Positions 1 to 7,324 of a stretch of DNA of 39,679 nucleotides are shown here, piece by piece (positions within the stretch are counted from its first letter, which is position 1; every line of letters begins with the position of its first letter). The position numbers and the translations under genes were made by a program. The stretch is from a virus (lineage: Duplodnaviria > Caudoviricetes): IMG/VR virus record IMGVR_UViG_3300032277_000022, positions 1 through 39,679 of that record; one strand, 5' to 3'. The notes beneath the pieces were generated by a model. It did not search any database, had not been told where the DNA came from, and saw only the letters and a list, made by a program, of their open reading frames with translations.

Positions 1-648
1 TTCCTGCCCGGCGACGAGACCGACCTCAACACGTGCGACTACCTGTTCAGTGGTCGCACCGTGCTTGCCGCCCCGGTGGCCCGCATCATCGAGGAGGAGG
101 TCGTGACCGGCCTCCTTGAGTCGGACACCGACGTGCCCATCGACTTCGACCAGTTCGACCCGGCCAACGGCACGCTGACCAGCGTGGAGGTCGGGCTGAA
201 GATCACCCGGACCAACAGCTTCGACCTGGGGAACACCAGCTCGTCCACGAACTCCATCGGGATCGGCGTGGCGAACGGCACCGGGAGCTTCCCGTTCGGC
301 TTCGACATTTGGGACGCCGGGCACACCCAGGGATCGAACTACCAGCGGGTCGTGATGAGCCGCGCCGGGGAATTCAGCTTCGCCCACTCGAACTATCACC
401 CCCTGCTCCTGCAAAGGATCGCGGGTGGGGACAGCCTGCTGATCGAGCAGACCGATGCCGAGTCCGACTACACCTGGAGCGGGACGATCACCGATTCGAG
501 TGTGCTCTCGGCGCTGACGGGCACCGGCACCGTGGAGGTCGAGTTCGACTCGAACTACGTGAACGGGTACCTGTCCTCGGGAAGCGGGTTCTCCCTGAGC
601 ACTACCTACGAGCTGACCGTCGAAGCGGCGATCCGCTACAACTACTGA
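1..648 (+). CDS. 5'-truncated beta-rich Ser/Thr/Gly protein; C-terminal domain resembles choice-of-anchor E
   Basis: Frame +1 is open from base 1 (FLPGDETDLNTCDYLFSGRT...) to TGA at 648; motifs FDQFDPANGTLTSVEV, LSALTGTGTV and terminal IRYNY; no PEP-CTERM tail. Confidence 0.55.
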   Translation, partial: FLPGDETDLNTCDYLFSGRTVLAAPVARIIEEEVVTGLLESDTDVPIDFDQFDPANGTLTSVEVGLKITRTNSFDLGNTSSSTNSIGIGVANGTGSFPFGFDIWDAGHTQGSNYQRVVMSRAGEFSFAHSNYHPLLLQRIAGGDSLLIEQTDAESDYTWSGTITDSSVLSALTGTGTVEVEFDSNYVNGYLSSGSGFSLSTTYELTVEAAIRYNY

Positions 649-716
649 GACGGAGGGGGGAGAAGGTGGGGGGGGGCTTCCCAGAGCCGCTTCCAACTCA
701 ACCCCCCGCCCACCGC

Positions 717-735
717 CCGGCCCACGTTGGGCCGG
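717..735. terminator. GC hairpin between convergent genes (possible terminator)
   Basis: CCGGCCCA-cgt-TGGGCCGG perfect 8-bp stem; an additional G-run/C-run pair at about 666-714; no clear U-tract. Confidence 0.4.
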
Positions 736-740
736 TGCTC

Positions 741-938
741 TCACTCCCAGAGCGCGTTCCACCAGTAGGCGATGCGCTCCCGCCTGGTCGGCGGCTTCGG
801 GGGCTCCGGGGGCTCCTCGAACGCGAGGACGATGGCCTTGTAGAACTCCATGTCGCGGCGCTTCTGGGCCACGTGGAGGTTGTGCCAGTAGTCGATCGCG
901 ATCACGCGCGGCTCCTCGGGCTCCTCCTGGCCGCTCAC
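741..938 (-). CDS. Hypothetical phage protein (65 aa)
   Basis: GTG start overlapping the upstream TGA (GTGA), GGAGGAG RBS, GC3-rich codons. Confidence 0.75.
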   Translation of the reverse strand: MSGQEEPEEPRVIAIDYWHNLHVAQKRRDMEFYKAIVLAFEEPPEPPKPPTRRERIAYWWNALWE

Positions 939-1159
939 GGCATCTCCTCCCCCCGAAACGGGCTGGTGACGTAGGCGTCGTACGCGCGCTGCGCGCCGGT
1001 TCGCGTGTCCTGCCTCTCCGGCTGCCCCGTCGCGGCGCGGTGGATGCGGCAGACCCAGGAGTGCCCCGTAGAGGGCTCGGGCTGCCAGTTGTCGAGGTTG
1101 CAGTTGCAGCGCAGCGTCTTCGCCAGCTCGCGCGTCCGCGCTTTCAGATCCGCGCTCAC
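935..1159 (-). CDS. Small Cys/His protein (74 aa), possible zinc binder
   Basis: CNC...H..VCRIH; GTGA coupling; GGAGG RBS. Confidence 0.75.
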   Translation of the reverse strand: MSADLKARTRELAKTLRCNCNLDNWQPEPSTGHSWVCRIHRAATGQPERQDTRTGAQRAYDAYVTSPFRGEEMP

Positions 1160-1407
1160 GGCTTCACCTCCAGGGCTTTGAGGAGCGCGTCAGTGAACTT
1201 GACGGCGTCCTCGGCCATGTTCTCGTAGTAGCGCCCGCCGGGCGTGAGGTCGTTGGCGGCCAAGAGCCCCTGCATCGCCAGCCCCGCGAAGTGCTCGCGG
1301 AGGGTCATGCCCTGGCTCGCCTGGCTGGTCAGCCACCGCTCCACCTGGTGGTCCCAGGTTTCTACCGCTTTCGTCGGGAACGCCGGTCGGTCTCCTTGCG
1401 CGCTCAC
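1156..1407 (-). CDS. Conserved small phage protein of the 'GMTLR.YFA..AMQG' type (83 aa)
   Basis: Start reassigned to GTG 1407 (GTGA overlap); PAFP...GMTLREHFAGLAMQGLLA...DALLKAL is a recurring phage hypothetical signature. Confidence 0.8.
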   Translation of the reverse strand: MSAQGDRPAFPTKAVETWDHQVERWLTSQASQGMTLREHFAGLAMQGLLAANDLTPGGRYYENMAEDAVKFTDALLKALEVKP

Positions 1408-1793
1408 GGCAGGAACCTCATCTCGGTCGTGTCGCCCGTGCCGTCCACGGTGCGGTGCCACCCCTGGTAGAAGGTGCCGCTCGGGGGCAGCTCGGGGAAG
1501 GCGTTGCCCTCGGCGTCGAACATCGAGACCGACGTGCGGCCCGCGCCGGGAACGAAGGGCTGGACGCACAGCTCGCCCCCGGTGAACGGGACGCCAGGCA
1601 TCGAGCTGGGCGAGTAGACGAGGAGCGCAGCGCGGCCCTCCAGCGCGGGCGTGCCCTGCATGATGATCCCGTTGAAGGCGGGGAGCAGGGTGACACCGCT
1701 CGAGCTGGTCGAGCAGTCGGAGGCGCGGCCCCAGGCGGCGAGCGCAGCGAGGGCGACGGACAGGGACAGGATGCGTGCGGTTCGGTTCTTCAT
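1404..1793 (-). CDS. Secreted small beta protein (129 aa) with signal peptide
   Basis: Start reassigned to ATG 1793 (ATGA overlap); MKNRTARILSLSVALAALAAWGRA signal peptide; PFTGGELCV and FYQGWHR motifs. Confidence 0.75.
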   Translation of the reverse strand: MKNRTARILSLSVALAALAAWGRASDCSTSSSGVTLLPAFNGIIMQGTPALEGRAALLVYSPSSMPGVPFTGGELCVQPFVPGAGRTSVSMFDAEGNAFPELPPSGTFYQGWHRTVDGTGDTTEMRFLP

Positions 1794-2032
1794 GGTGATG
1801 GGGTGGGGTTGGGGTGTTCGATGATCTCCCAGGACTCGACCTCGGAGGCGGGGTATCGGCTGAGGGCCTCGAAGCCATTGCCATTGTGGCGCAGGACGTA
1901 GACCAAGCGCCCGTCGCATTGCGCGTCCATGGCCGACAGCCAGTGGCCTGAGATGTGATTCGACCGCCGCACGGTCCACCTCCTGCCTCTGCTGTCCCGC
2001 AGCACCGTACCGGGTTCGAGGGGGTGCTTCAC
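1790..2032 (-). CDS. Hypothetical phage protein (80 aa)
   Basis: Coupled at both ends by GTGA/ATGA overlaps. Confidence 0.7.
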   Translation of the reverse strand: MKHPLEPGTVLRDSRGRRWTVRRSNHISGHWLSAMDAQCDGRLVYVLRHNGNGFEALSRYPASEVESWEIIEHPNPTPSP

Positions 2033-2235
2033 GACGGAGCCCCCTGGGCGTAGCGGCGTCCGCGCTCGGCACGGTCGCTCGCTTCCAGCTCACGTCCGGT
2101 CGCTGCCCAGGACTTGATGATGGCGGTGGCAACGCGAGCCTGGAAGCCGACGACAGGAACGTCGATGCCGTCCACCTCGACGCAGACGATGTGGTGCAGC
2201 GGATCCTCGGCGGGCCAGTAGTTGTCGAGGCTCAC
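2029..2235 (-). CDS. Hypothetical phage protein (68 aa)
   Basis: Coupled overlaps; C-terminus RAERGRRYAQGAPS nearly identical to that of the upstream gene. Confidence 0.7.
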   Translation of the reverse strand: MSLDNYWPAEDPLHHIVCVEVDGIDVPVVGFQARVATAIIKSWAATGRELEASDRAERGRRYAQGAPS

Positions 2236-2276
2236 GAAGGAGCCCCCTGCCAGTAGCGGCGTCCGCGCTCGGCACG
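2029..2276. repeat. 45-bp imperfect direct repeat at the 3' ends of two adjacent genes (2029-2073, 2232-2276)
   Basis: tcacgaCggagccccctgGGCgtagcggcgtccgcgctcggcacg vs tcacgaAggagccccctgCCAgtagcggcgtccgcgctcggcacg, 41/45 identical. Confidence 0.92.
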
Positions 2277-2447
2277 CCTGTTCTCCTCCACGTACCGCTG
2301 GAGCAGTCGGGCGTTGGTGGCAGCAAGCGGCGGCAGGCAGTTCGCCATCGCGTCGGCCATGTGTTGCTTCGCGGGGTCGTGCGCCCGGACGCGGAACGCA
2401 AGCTGCGAGCGGTCGGGCGGGTTGTCGTAGGGGTCGGGGTCAGGCAT
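2232..2447 (-). CDS. Hypothetical phage protein (71 aa)
   Basis: ATG with GAGGAGG RBS; ends RAERGRRYWQGAPS. Confidence 0.7.
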   Translation of the reverse strand: MPDPDPYDNPPDRSQLAFRVRAHDPAKQHMADAMANCLPPLAATNARLLQRYVEENRRAERGRRYWQGAPS

Positions 2448-2697
2448 CGGGAGCCTCCTCGTAGGTCGCCTCGAAGATGTCGGGCTTGCACGGGTAGAAC
2501 TCGCCCTGCACGCCCCGGAGGATCCAGTCGCCCGGCTGCGCGGTCATCACGCCCTCTAGCGTCTGGATGGCGAGCCCGTCGATCCTGATGACGGACCCCC
2601 CGACGGCCCACGCGGCCACCTGTTCGGCGTTCGTGCCGTCGTACTGCATCGCCTCGATAACGACGGGGCGCTTCCTGAACTTGCGGGGCTCAACCAT
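2440..2697 (-). CDS. Widespread phage protein of the RK(K/R)PVVIEA...TLEG...GEFYPCKPDIF family (85 aa); candidate nucleotide-signal sponge
   Basis: All family motifs present: KFRKRPVVIEA, IQTLEGVM, PGDWILRGVQGEFYPCKPDIFEATYE; AAGGAGGAG RBS. The functional label is tentative. Confidence 0.8.
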   Translation of the reverse strand: MVEPRKFRKRPVVIEAMQYDGTNAEQVAAWAVGGSVIRIDGLAIQTLEGVMTAQPGDWILRGVQGEFYPCKPDIFEATYEEAPDA

Positions 2698-3214
2698 CGG
2701 TCTTCTCCTCCTTGGTGGGGGTGCAGCCGGGACAGTCCATGTACGGGCGACCTCCCGCCGCGCTGCTCAAGTCGTCGGCAACGGCGCCCGGCCCCCAGGG
2801 GCCGCCGCTGCACAAGCTGCAACCACCCTCGTCCAGGATCCGCACGATGGTTGCGGGGTGCGGTGGGTGAGGCAACTCGGGCTCCTCCTTGGTGGGGGTG
2901 AGGGCTTCGCGGATCTGATCTACGACGAGTCGGACGTTCGAGTCGAAGGGGAAGTCGGTCTCGAAGGCGTCCACGACTTCCTCGATCACTTCCCGCAGCC
3001 TGTCCCGCTCCCCCTCCAGCTCGGCCACGCGGGCCTCGAGCGCGTCGTGGGAGTTGACGGCGCGGACGATCAGGTCGGCGTCTTCTGCGGGGACGATCTG
3101 GACGTAGCCCTGCGGGTGTTCCCAAGGGACTTCACCAGGCACGCGGCGCACCAGCGTCTTGCCGCCTTGGCTGCACTCCTGAAGGGTCCACGGTCTCGGC
3201 GTCGGATCAGGCAT
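2690..3214 (-). CDS. Ead/Ea22-like mosaic phage protein (174 aa)
   Basis: Start reassigned to ATG 3214 with AAGGAGG RBS; TPRPW...DADLIVRAVNSHDAL followed by coiled coil EARVAELE; C-terminal CxxC...CxxC. Confidence 0.7.
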   Translation of the reverse strand: MPDPTPRPWTLQECSQGGKTLVRRVPGEVPWEHPQGYVQIVPAEDADLIVRAVNSHDALEARVAELEGERDRLREVIEEVVDAFETDFPFDSNVRLVVDQIREALTPTKEEPELPHPPHPATIVRILDEGGCSLCSGGPWGPGAVADDLSSAAGGRPYMDCPGCTPTKEEKTDG

Positions 3215-3241
3215 CGGTCTCCTCCTTGGTGGGGGTGAGGG
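2705..3241. repeat. Three copies of a 19-23 bp RBS-containing repeat (2705-2723, 2882-2904, 3219-3241)
   Basis: ctcctccttggtgggggtg(aggg); on the minus strand CACCCCCACCAAGGAGGAG, encoding TPTKEE and containing a Shine-Dalgarno. Confidence 0.92.
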
Positions 3242-3732
3242 CGGCGCGGATAGCGCGGAACTGCTCCAGTGACAGGGTCGCCCCCCACTCCGTCCCCACG
3301 TGGATGCTGTAGAACTCGTCCCCCGCGCCACCGAGGGGCTTCGCTTCCCAGCAGGCGAGGAAGTGAAGCACCGGAGCCACGGCGGCCTCCAGCTCGGCCA
3401 CGCGGGCCTCGGAGGCGGCGAGCTGTGCATCTAGCTCGGCGCGCACCGAGATCAGCATCTCGGAGAGGTGCTGCCGCCCGTACTTGCTGGCGTCCGACGG
3501 CTCGGAGGCGGGCTCGCCCTTGAGGGCGGCGCGGGCGCGGTCCCTGATCTGGTGCGCTGGCGACTCCGCTTGTCCGCCAGCACCCTGCGGTCGGTCGGCT
3601 CCGTAGGTGCGGTCGATGAACTCCAGCGCCCGCTCCAGCTCGGCCACGCGGGCCTTCAGTCGCTTCTCTGCGGACAGGGCCACACTCTTCCACTTCTCGA
3701 ACTCGGCCTCCAGTTCCGCCACGCGGGCCTCG
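3014..3732. repeat. Four copies of a ~25-bp repeat encoding (E/K)ARVAELE (3014-3038, 3387-3412, 3633-3655, 3708-3732)
   Basis: ctccagctcggccacgcgggcct(cg) is conserved at DNA level across two different genes. Confidence 0.9.
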
Positions 3733-3842
3733 GCCTCCTTCAGCCGGGTGTAGTAGACCTTCGCCTTGGTGTCGTCGTCCACGGGGCACGCCTCGGCAGC
3801 GGCGCGGAGAGCGTCCAGCGGGTTGTCGTAGTCCTGGCCCAT
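3207..3842 (-). CDS. Coiled-coil mosaic phage protein (211 aa)
   Basis: Start reassigned to ATG 3842 (TGATG overlap); three ARVAELE coils; ends TPTKEETDA. Confidence 0.75.
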   Translation of the reverse strand: MGQDYDNPLDALRAAAEACPVDDDTKAKVYYTRLKEAEARVAELEAEFEKWKSVALSAEKRLKARVAELERALEFIDRTYGADRPQGAGGQAESPAHQIRDRARAALKGEPASEPSDASKYGRQHLSEMLISVRAELDAQLAASEARVAELEAAVAPVLHFLACWEAKPLGGAGDEFYSIHVGTEWGATLSLEQFRAIRAALTPTKEETDA

Positions 3843-5566
3843 CAGTCCCACCCCTGCGGCAGCGCGTTCGCCGCGTTGTCGGCCATCCAGGAGAGGCGAC
3901 CCTGCTCGGTCGCCACCTTGTCCGCCGTCCGCTGGCCCATCAGCCAGGAGTACCAGTTCGGGCCGTCAGGGTCCGACCACTCGGGCTTCCCCAGGACGCG
4001 CAGGTGCGAGCGCAACCCCTCGTCCTTCAGGCCGCGCCTTAGCTCTGACGCCAGGTGCTGCGCCTTGGTCCCCAGCTCGAAATGCCCCTTCTCGCTCAGG
4101 TGGGCCGCGCACGACATGGCGCGCAGGATGATCCAGGACTCGAACTGCACCTCCAGGTGCGGCGTCTGCCCCTCGGGGATGCGCTCGTCGTACTGGGCCA
4201 GCTTCGTGTCGTAGGCCGAGACCTCGTGGCCGAAGAGGGGGCACCAGCGCGGGATGGCGAAGATCGCGTGCCGGTCCTTGTCCAGGACGTGCTTGCCCAG
4301 GTCCAGCATGAGGCCCAGGTCGCTCTCGTAGGGCAGCCCGCGCTCCACAGCCTTGGCGAGCGTCCAGAGCGCGTGCCCGTAGGCTCGTCCCGTCCAGTAG
4401 CAACCCATCCCGCCGGGGTAGTGCTCGATGATGCCGTGCGCCGTCAGGTACAGGCTCTTCTCAGCCGACGGGGTCTCGTCCACGGCGTTCCACCAGGTCC
4501 AGGCGAGCCGAACGTCACCGGCCAGGAACATCAGGTGGACCAGAGCCTCCTCGTACCCCTGCTGCGCGCACCAGTGAGCCATGTGCGTAGCGCGGCCCAG
4601 GTGTTCGTGGTCGAGCTGGTCGTACAGCTTGCCGTCCTTGCCCAAGACCTTCGGACACGCCTTGCCGTAGTTCGCGCTCCTCCAGCCATTGGGGGCCTCG
4701 TTCCTGGAGCGATCCAGCCCGTACCAGGTGCCGCGCGGCAGCGTCCACGGTGTCACGCGCCCCTGCTCCCACTCCTCCTGATCCACCCGCCAGTAGGCGT
4801 TGCGGTTCGCCCAGCCGAGCTGCTGGTCGAGGGCCTGCTCGAGACCCAACCACGTCCCCGCGGCCCACGCGATGTTGTCGTAGATCCCAGCGCCGCCCCC
4901 ATCGTTCGCGCGAGGGGTTCCGGCCACGTCGGCTCGCGTGTTCCGTAGCACCACGAACGATGAGTCCCACCTCTCAACGTTCGCCTGACCCTCGGGGGTG
5001 CCGAGACCCGGATCGACGGCCTCGCCAGGTTCAACCACGTAGGTCGCGCAGTACCCAGGCTCGAGCACCACGTCCCCGTAGCTGACCCTGCCAATGTGCA
5101 GGTCGCCGTAGATGCGCCGCCCGTCGAAGGCGATGCAGTTCAGGACGCGCACGACGATGCGACCACCCGGGCCGAAGTGGGCCATGAACTGCCCCACCTT
5201 CACGTTGTTCGAGCTGATCCAGGTGTCGTGCAGGTTCTCAGCCTTGCGCCAGTGAACCAGCTTCCCGTTAAACGTCACGTCCACGTCGGTGAACGTCACG
5301 TCGGGCAGGTTCGCCGGCGCGGGGCGCGTCGGCCTCCCTTGCGCGGGGCGGGTCCGCAGCCCGCGATTTTTGGCGTGCTCCTCAAGCAGCTCCTCAGTCA
5401 GCGGGACGGGCTCGTACGGAGGCTGGGGGTCCAGGTTGGGCGCGGGGGTGCCTGTACCTACCACCCAGCCGCCGACCAGATCCTTCACGCGCAGTTGCTT
5501 CGCTCGTTCGAGCGCCTTAGTGGCGTCGTCCAGCGCGGACAACATCGGGTCTCGTTTGTCGGTCAT
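3842..5566 (-). CDS. Large hypothetical protein (574 aa), beta-rich N-half plus helical Trp/His-rich C-half
   Basis: Long ORF with GGAGAG RBS and strong GC3 bias; DHEH and GRAYGHALWTL segments. Confidence 0.85.
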   Translation of the reverse strand: MTDKRDPMLSALDDATKALERAKQLRVKDLVGGWVVGTGTPAPNLDPQPPYEPVPLTEELLEEHAKNRGLRTRPAQGRPTRPAPANLPDVTFTDVDVTFNGKLVHWRKAENLHDTWISSNNVKVGQFMAHFGPGGRIVVRVLNCIAFDGRRIYGDLHIGRVSYGDVVLEPGYCATYVVEPGEAVDPGLGTPEGQANVERWDSSFVVLRNTRADVAGTPRANDGGGAGIYDNIAWAAGTWLGLEQALDQQLGWANRNAYWRVDQEEWEQGRVTPWTLPRGTWYGLDRSRNEAPNGWRSANYGKACPKVLGKDGKLYDQLDHEHLGRATHMAHWCAQQGYEEALVHLMFLAGDVRLAWTWWNAVDETPSAEKSLYLTAHGIIEHYPGGMGCYWTGRAYGHALWTLAKAVERGLPYESDLGLMLDLGKHVLDKDRHAIFAIPRWCPLFGHEVSAYDTKLAQYDERIPEGQTPHLEVQFESWIILRAMSCAAHLSEKGHFELGTKAQHLASELRRGLKDEGLRSHLRVLGKPEWSDPDGPNWYSWLMGQRTADKVATEQGRLSWMADNAANALPQGWD

Positions 5567-5578
5567 GGTCTCTCTCTC

Positions 5579-5905
5579 CTACTTGATGGTGATGGTGATG
5601 GGGTACAGGTCTTCGACCTGGCGCTTCTTCAGCTTGAACATCTCGGTCTCTCGACCCTTCACGTCCACGAACAGCACAGCGCCGTCCGAGTGGAACTCCA
5701 CGAAGTCCACCACGTACCGGGTGTTGCCCGGCAGGTGGAACGGAACCTGGCGCAGGAACATCACGACCTCGCCCGCCTGCTCGCGCAGCTTGAGATCCTG
5801 GTAGTAGCGCGCCTCCTTGCGCGAGTCGAAGCGGAACCCGTCCACCTCTGTCGCCTTCGCCCCGTACTTGTTCGGGCGGCGCAGCTTGTGGAAGGGTCTA
5901 TTCAT
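5579..5905 (-). CDS. DUF1064-family PD-(D/E)xK nuclease-like protein
   Basis: NKYGAKATEVDGFRFDSRKEARYY, LRQVPF, YVVDF, VDVKG..TEMFKLKK family signature. Confidence 0.9.
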   Translation of the reverse strand: MNRPFHKLRRPNKYGAKATEVDGFRFDSRKEARYYQDLKLREQAGEVVMFLRQVPFHLPGNTRYVVDFVEFHSDGAVLFVDVKGRETEMFKLKKRQVEDLYPITITIK

Positions 5906-6242
5906 GCGCGGTCGCCTGCTGCTCGCGGCGCTTAGAAGCGCCGCGGCCCTTGCCCGGAGCGATGTACCCGTGCGCCGGGTTCACGCACGCCTGGTTCCCG
6001 CAGTTGCGCTTGAGGTACTGGCGTCCCAGCTCGACGCCCGTGTCCAGTTCGTAGACCACGCGGGCCGGGGCCAGGTACATGCGCTTGCCGCCCACCGCGA
6101 CCGGCAAGGCTGGCTGCCCGGTGCCGCTGTACGACCCCGTCCACAACCAGCAGAACTCGCGCCCCTCGCGGGGCGGCCAGGCCAGGCGCTCCCAGATCAG
6201 GTCCAGAACCTCGCCCTTCTCCATGCCTCCGAGGTCGATCAC
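5898..6242 (-). CDS. Degenerate HNH-like (His-Cys) protein
   Basis: CWLWTG...ARVVYEL..G...CGNQACVNPAH; the usual His before the first Cys and the downstream Asn are missing; GTGA-coupled start at 6242. Confidence 0.7.
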   Translation of the reverse strand: MIDLGGMEKGEVLDLIWERLAWPPREGREFCWLWTGSYSGTGQPALPVAVGGKRMYLAPARVVYELDTGVELGRQYLKRNCGNQACVNPAHGYIAPGKGRGASKRREQQATAHE

Positions 6243-6514
6243 GACTCCAGCTCCCACGCCCGGCGCAGGACGAACGCCAGCTGGCGGCGCTCCTCGGCGT
6301 CCTTCCCGTGAGCCATCGCCGCCATCTCAACCTCGGCCAGGGTCTCGGCCAGGTCTTGGCCGTTCGCCTTCGCGGTGCGCACCACAGCCCGCCCGTTGGC
6401 GAGGTTCCGGCGTGCACCGGCGGCGTGCTCGCCCAGGGTCTTGCAGCTGCCGAAGATCAGACCAGCTCCGCCGATCACCAGGATCAGCACCACGAACGCA
6501 AAGAATGTCTCCAT
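6239..6514 (-). CDS. Small membrane-anchored protein (91 aa)
   Basis: Start reassigned to ATG 6514 behind GAGGAGGAGG; N-terminal hydrophobic helix FFAFVVLILVIGGAGLIF. Confidence 0.8.
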   Translation of the reverse strand: METFFAFVVLILVIGGAGLIFGSCKTLGEHAAGARRNLANGRAVVRTAKANGQDLAETLAEVEMAAMAHGKDAEERRQLAFVLRRAWELES

Positions 6515-6524
6515 GTCCTCCTCC

Positions 6525-6833
6525 TCAGTCGGTCCACTCGGACCAGTCGTCAGCCGTGTGATCGTGGACCGCGCTGTGGCATGGCCGACAGAGCCAGGCG
6601 CGGTTCTCGGGCGTGTGCTTCCCGCCGCGAGAGCGGGGGAGGCGATGATGGGCGTCAACCCCACGCTCCCCCAAGCATCGCTCACACCTCGCTGGGGGGT
6701 CCAGTCGAAACAGGCGAATCTCCTCCGCTTCCCGCTTCGCCCTCGCCCCGATCTGCGACAGGGGCGACCTTCTTCCGAGACCGCTTTTTCCGCGGAGGGG
6801 CTTCCCCTGCTTCAGCCTGCTTGACCGCTTCAT
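6525..6833 (-). CDS. HNH endonuclease (about 102 aa)
   Basis: CERC...DAHHRLPRSRGG...EN...LCRPCH..VH; basic MKRS.L N-terminus typical of phage HNH proteins; exact start uncertain. Confidence 0.85.
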   Translation of the reverse strand: MKRSSRLKQGKPLRGKSGLGRRSPLSQIGARAKREAEEIRLFRLDPPARCERCLGERGVDAHHRLPRSRGGKHTPENRAWLCRPCHSAVHDHTADDWSEWTD

Positions 6834-7149
6834 GCATCTCCGAGAGAGGGATCGGCAGCGGCAGACGGGTCGCCGCGTCACACAGGTACTTGCCGCCGAG
6901 CCCGTCCTCGACATCCATCTCGCGTTGGTGCATCCGCTTGATCAGCAGCGGCCCCACGTTCTTCCCGACCGGCCTCGAGAACCCGTAAGCCGGGGGCCAG
7001 TCCGAGGGGCTGCCGTACTGCTGGCCGCCGCCCCGGGCACGCAGGTAGAACGCGTGCACCACCTCGGCGGGCGCGGCGCTGTGCTCCCGGTACACGTACC
7101 AGCCTTCCTGCGTGGGCTGCTTGTCGCCCCAGAGTGTCTTCGTGGTCAT
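6682..7149 (-). CDS. Hypothetical phage protein (155 aa)
   Basis: ATG 7149 with GGAGAG RBS; PTQEGWYVY N-terminal motif; basic low-complexity tail overlapping the HNH gene. Confidence 0.7.
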   Translation of the reverse strand: MTTKTLWGDKQPTQEGWYVYREHSAAPAEVVHAFYLRARGGGQQYGSPSDWPPAYGFSRPVGKNVGPLLIKRMHQREMDVEDGLGGKYLCDAATRLPLPIPLSEMHEAVKQAEAGEAPPRKKRSRKKVAPVADRGEGEAGSGGDSPVSTGPPSEV

Positions 7150-7324
7150 CGGTCTCTCCGTGGTGAGGGGTTGCGCGGGCGAGCGCCGCCTGCGCGTGCT
7201 GCGCACGCTACCACATCAGGCGGGATCCATCCGAGCGGCGGTCGGCGCGTCTTCCGTAGCGGCCCCTGGCCGCCGTGGTGCTCACCTACTGGCGTTCCCA
7301 CTCGTCGGCGGTCGGCGCGTGTGC

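Noticed and set aside
2029-3732. Repeats considered as a CRISPR mini-array or DGR template/variable repeat pair
   Set aside because: Spacing is irregular, copies lie in coding frame, mismatches are not adenine-specific, and no cas or reverse transcriptase gene is present.
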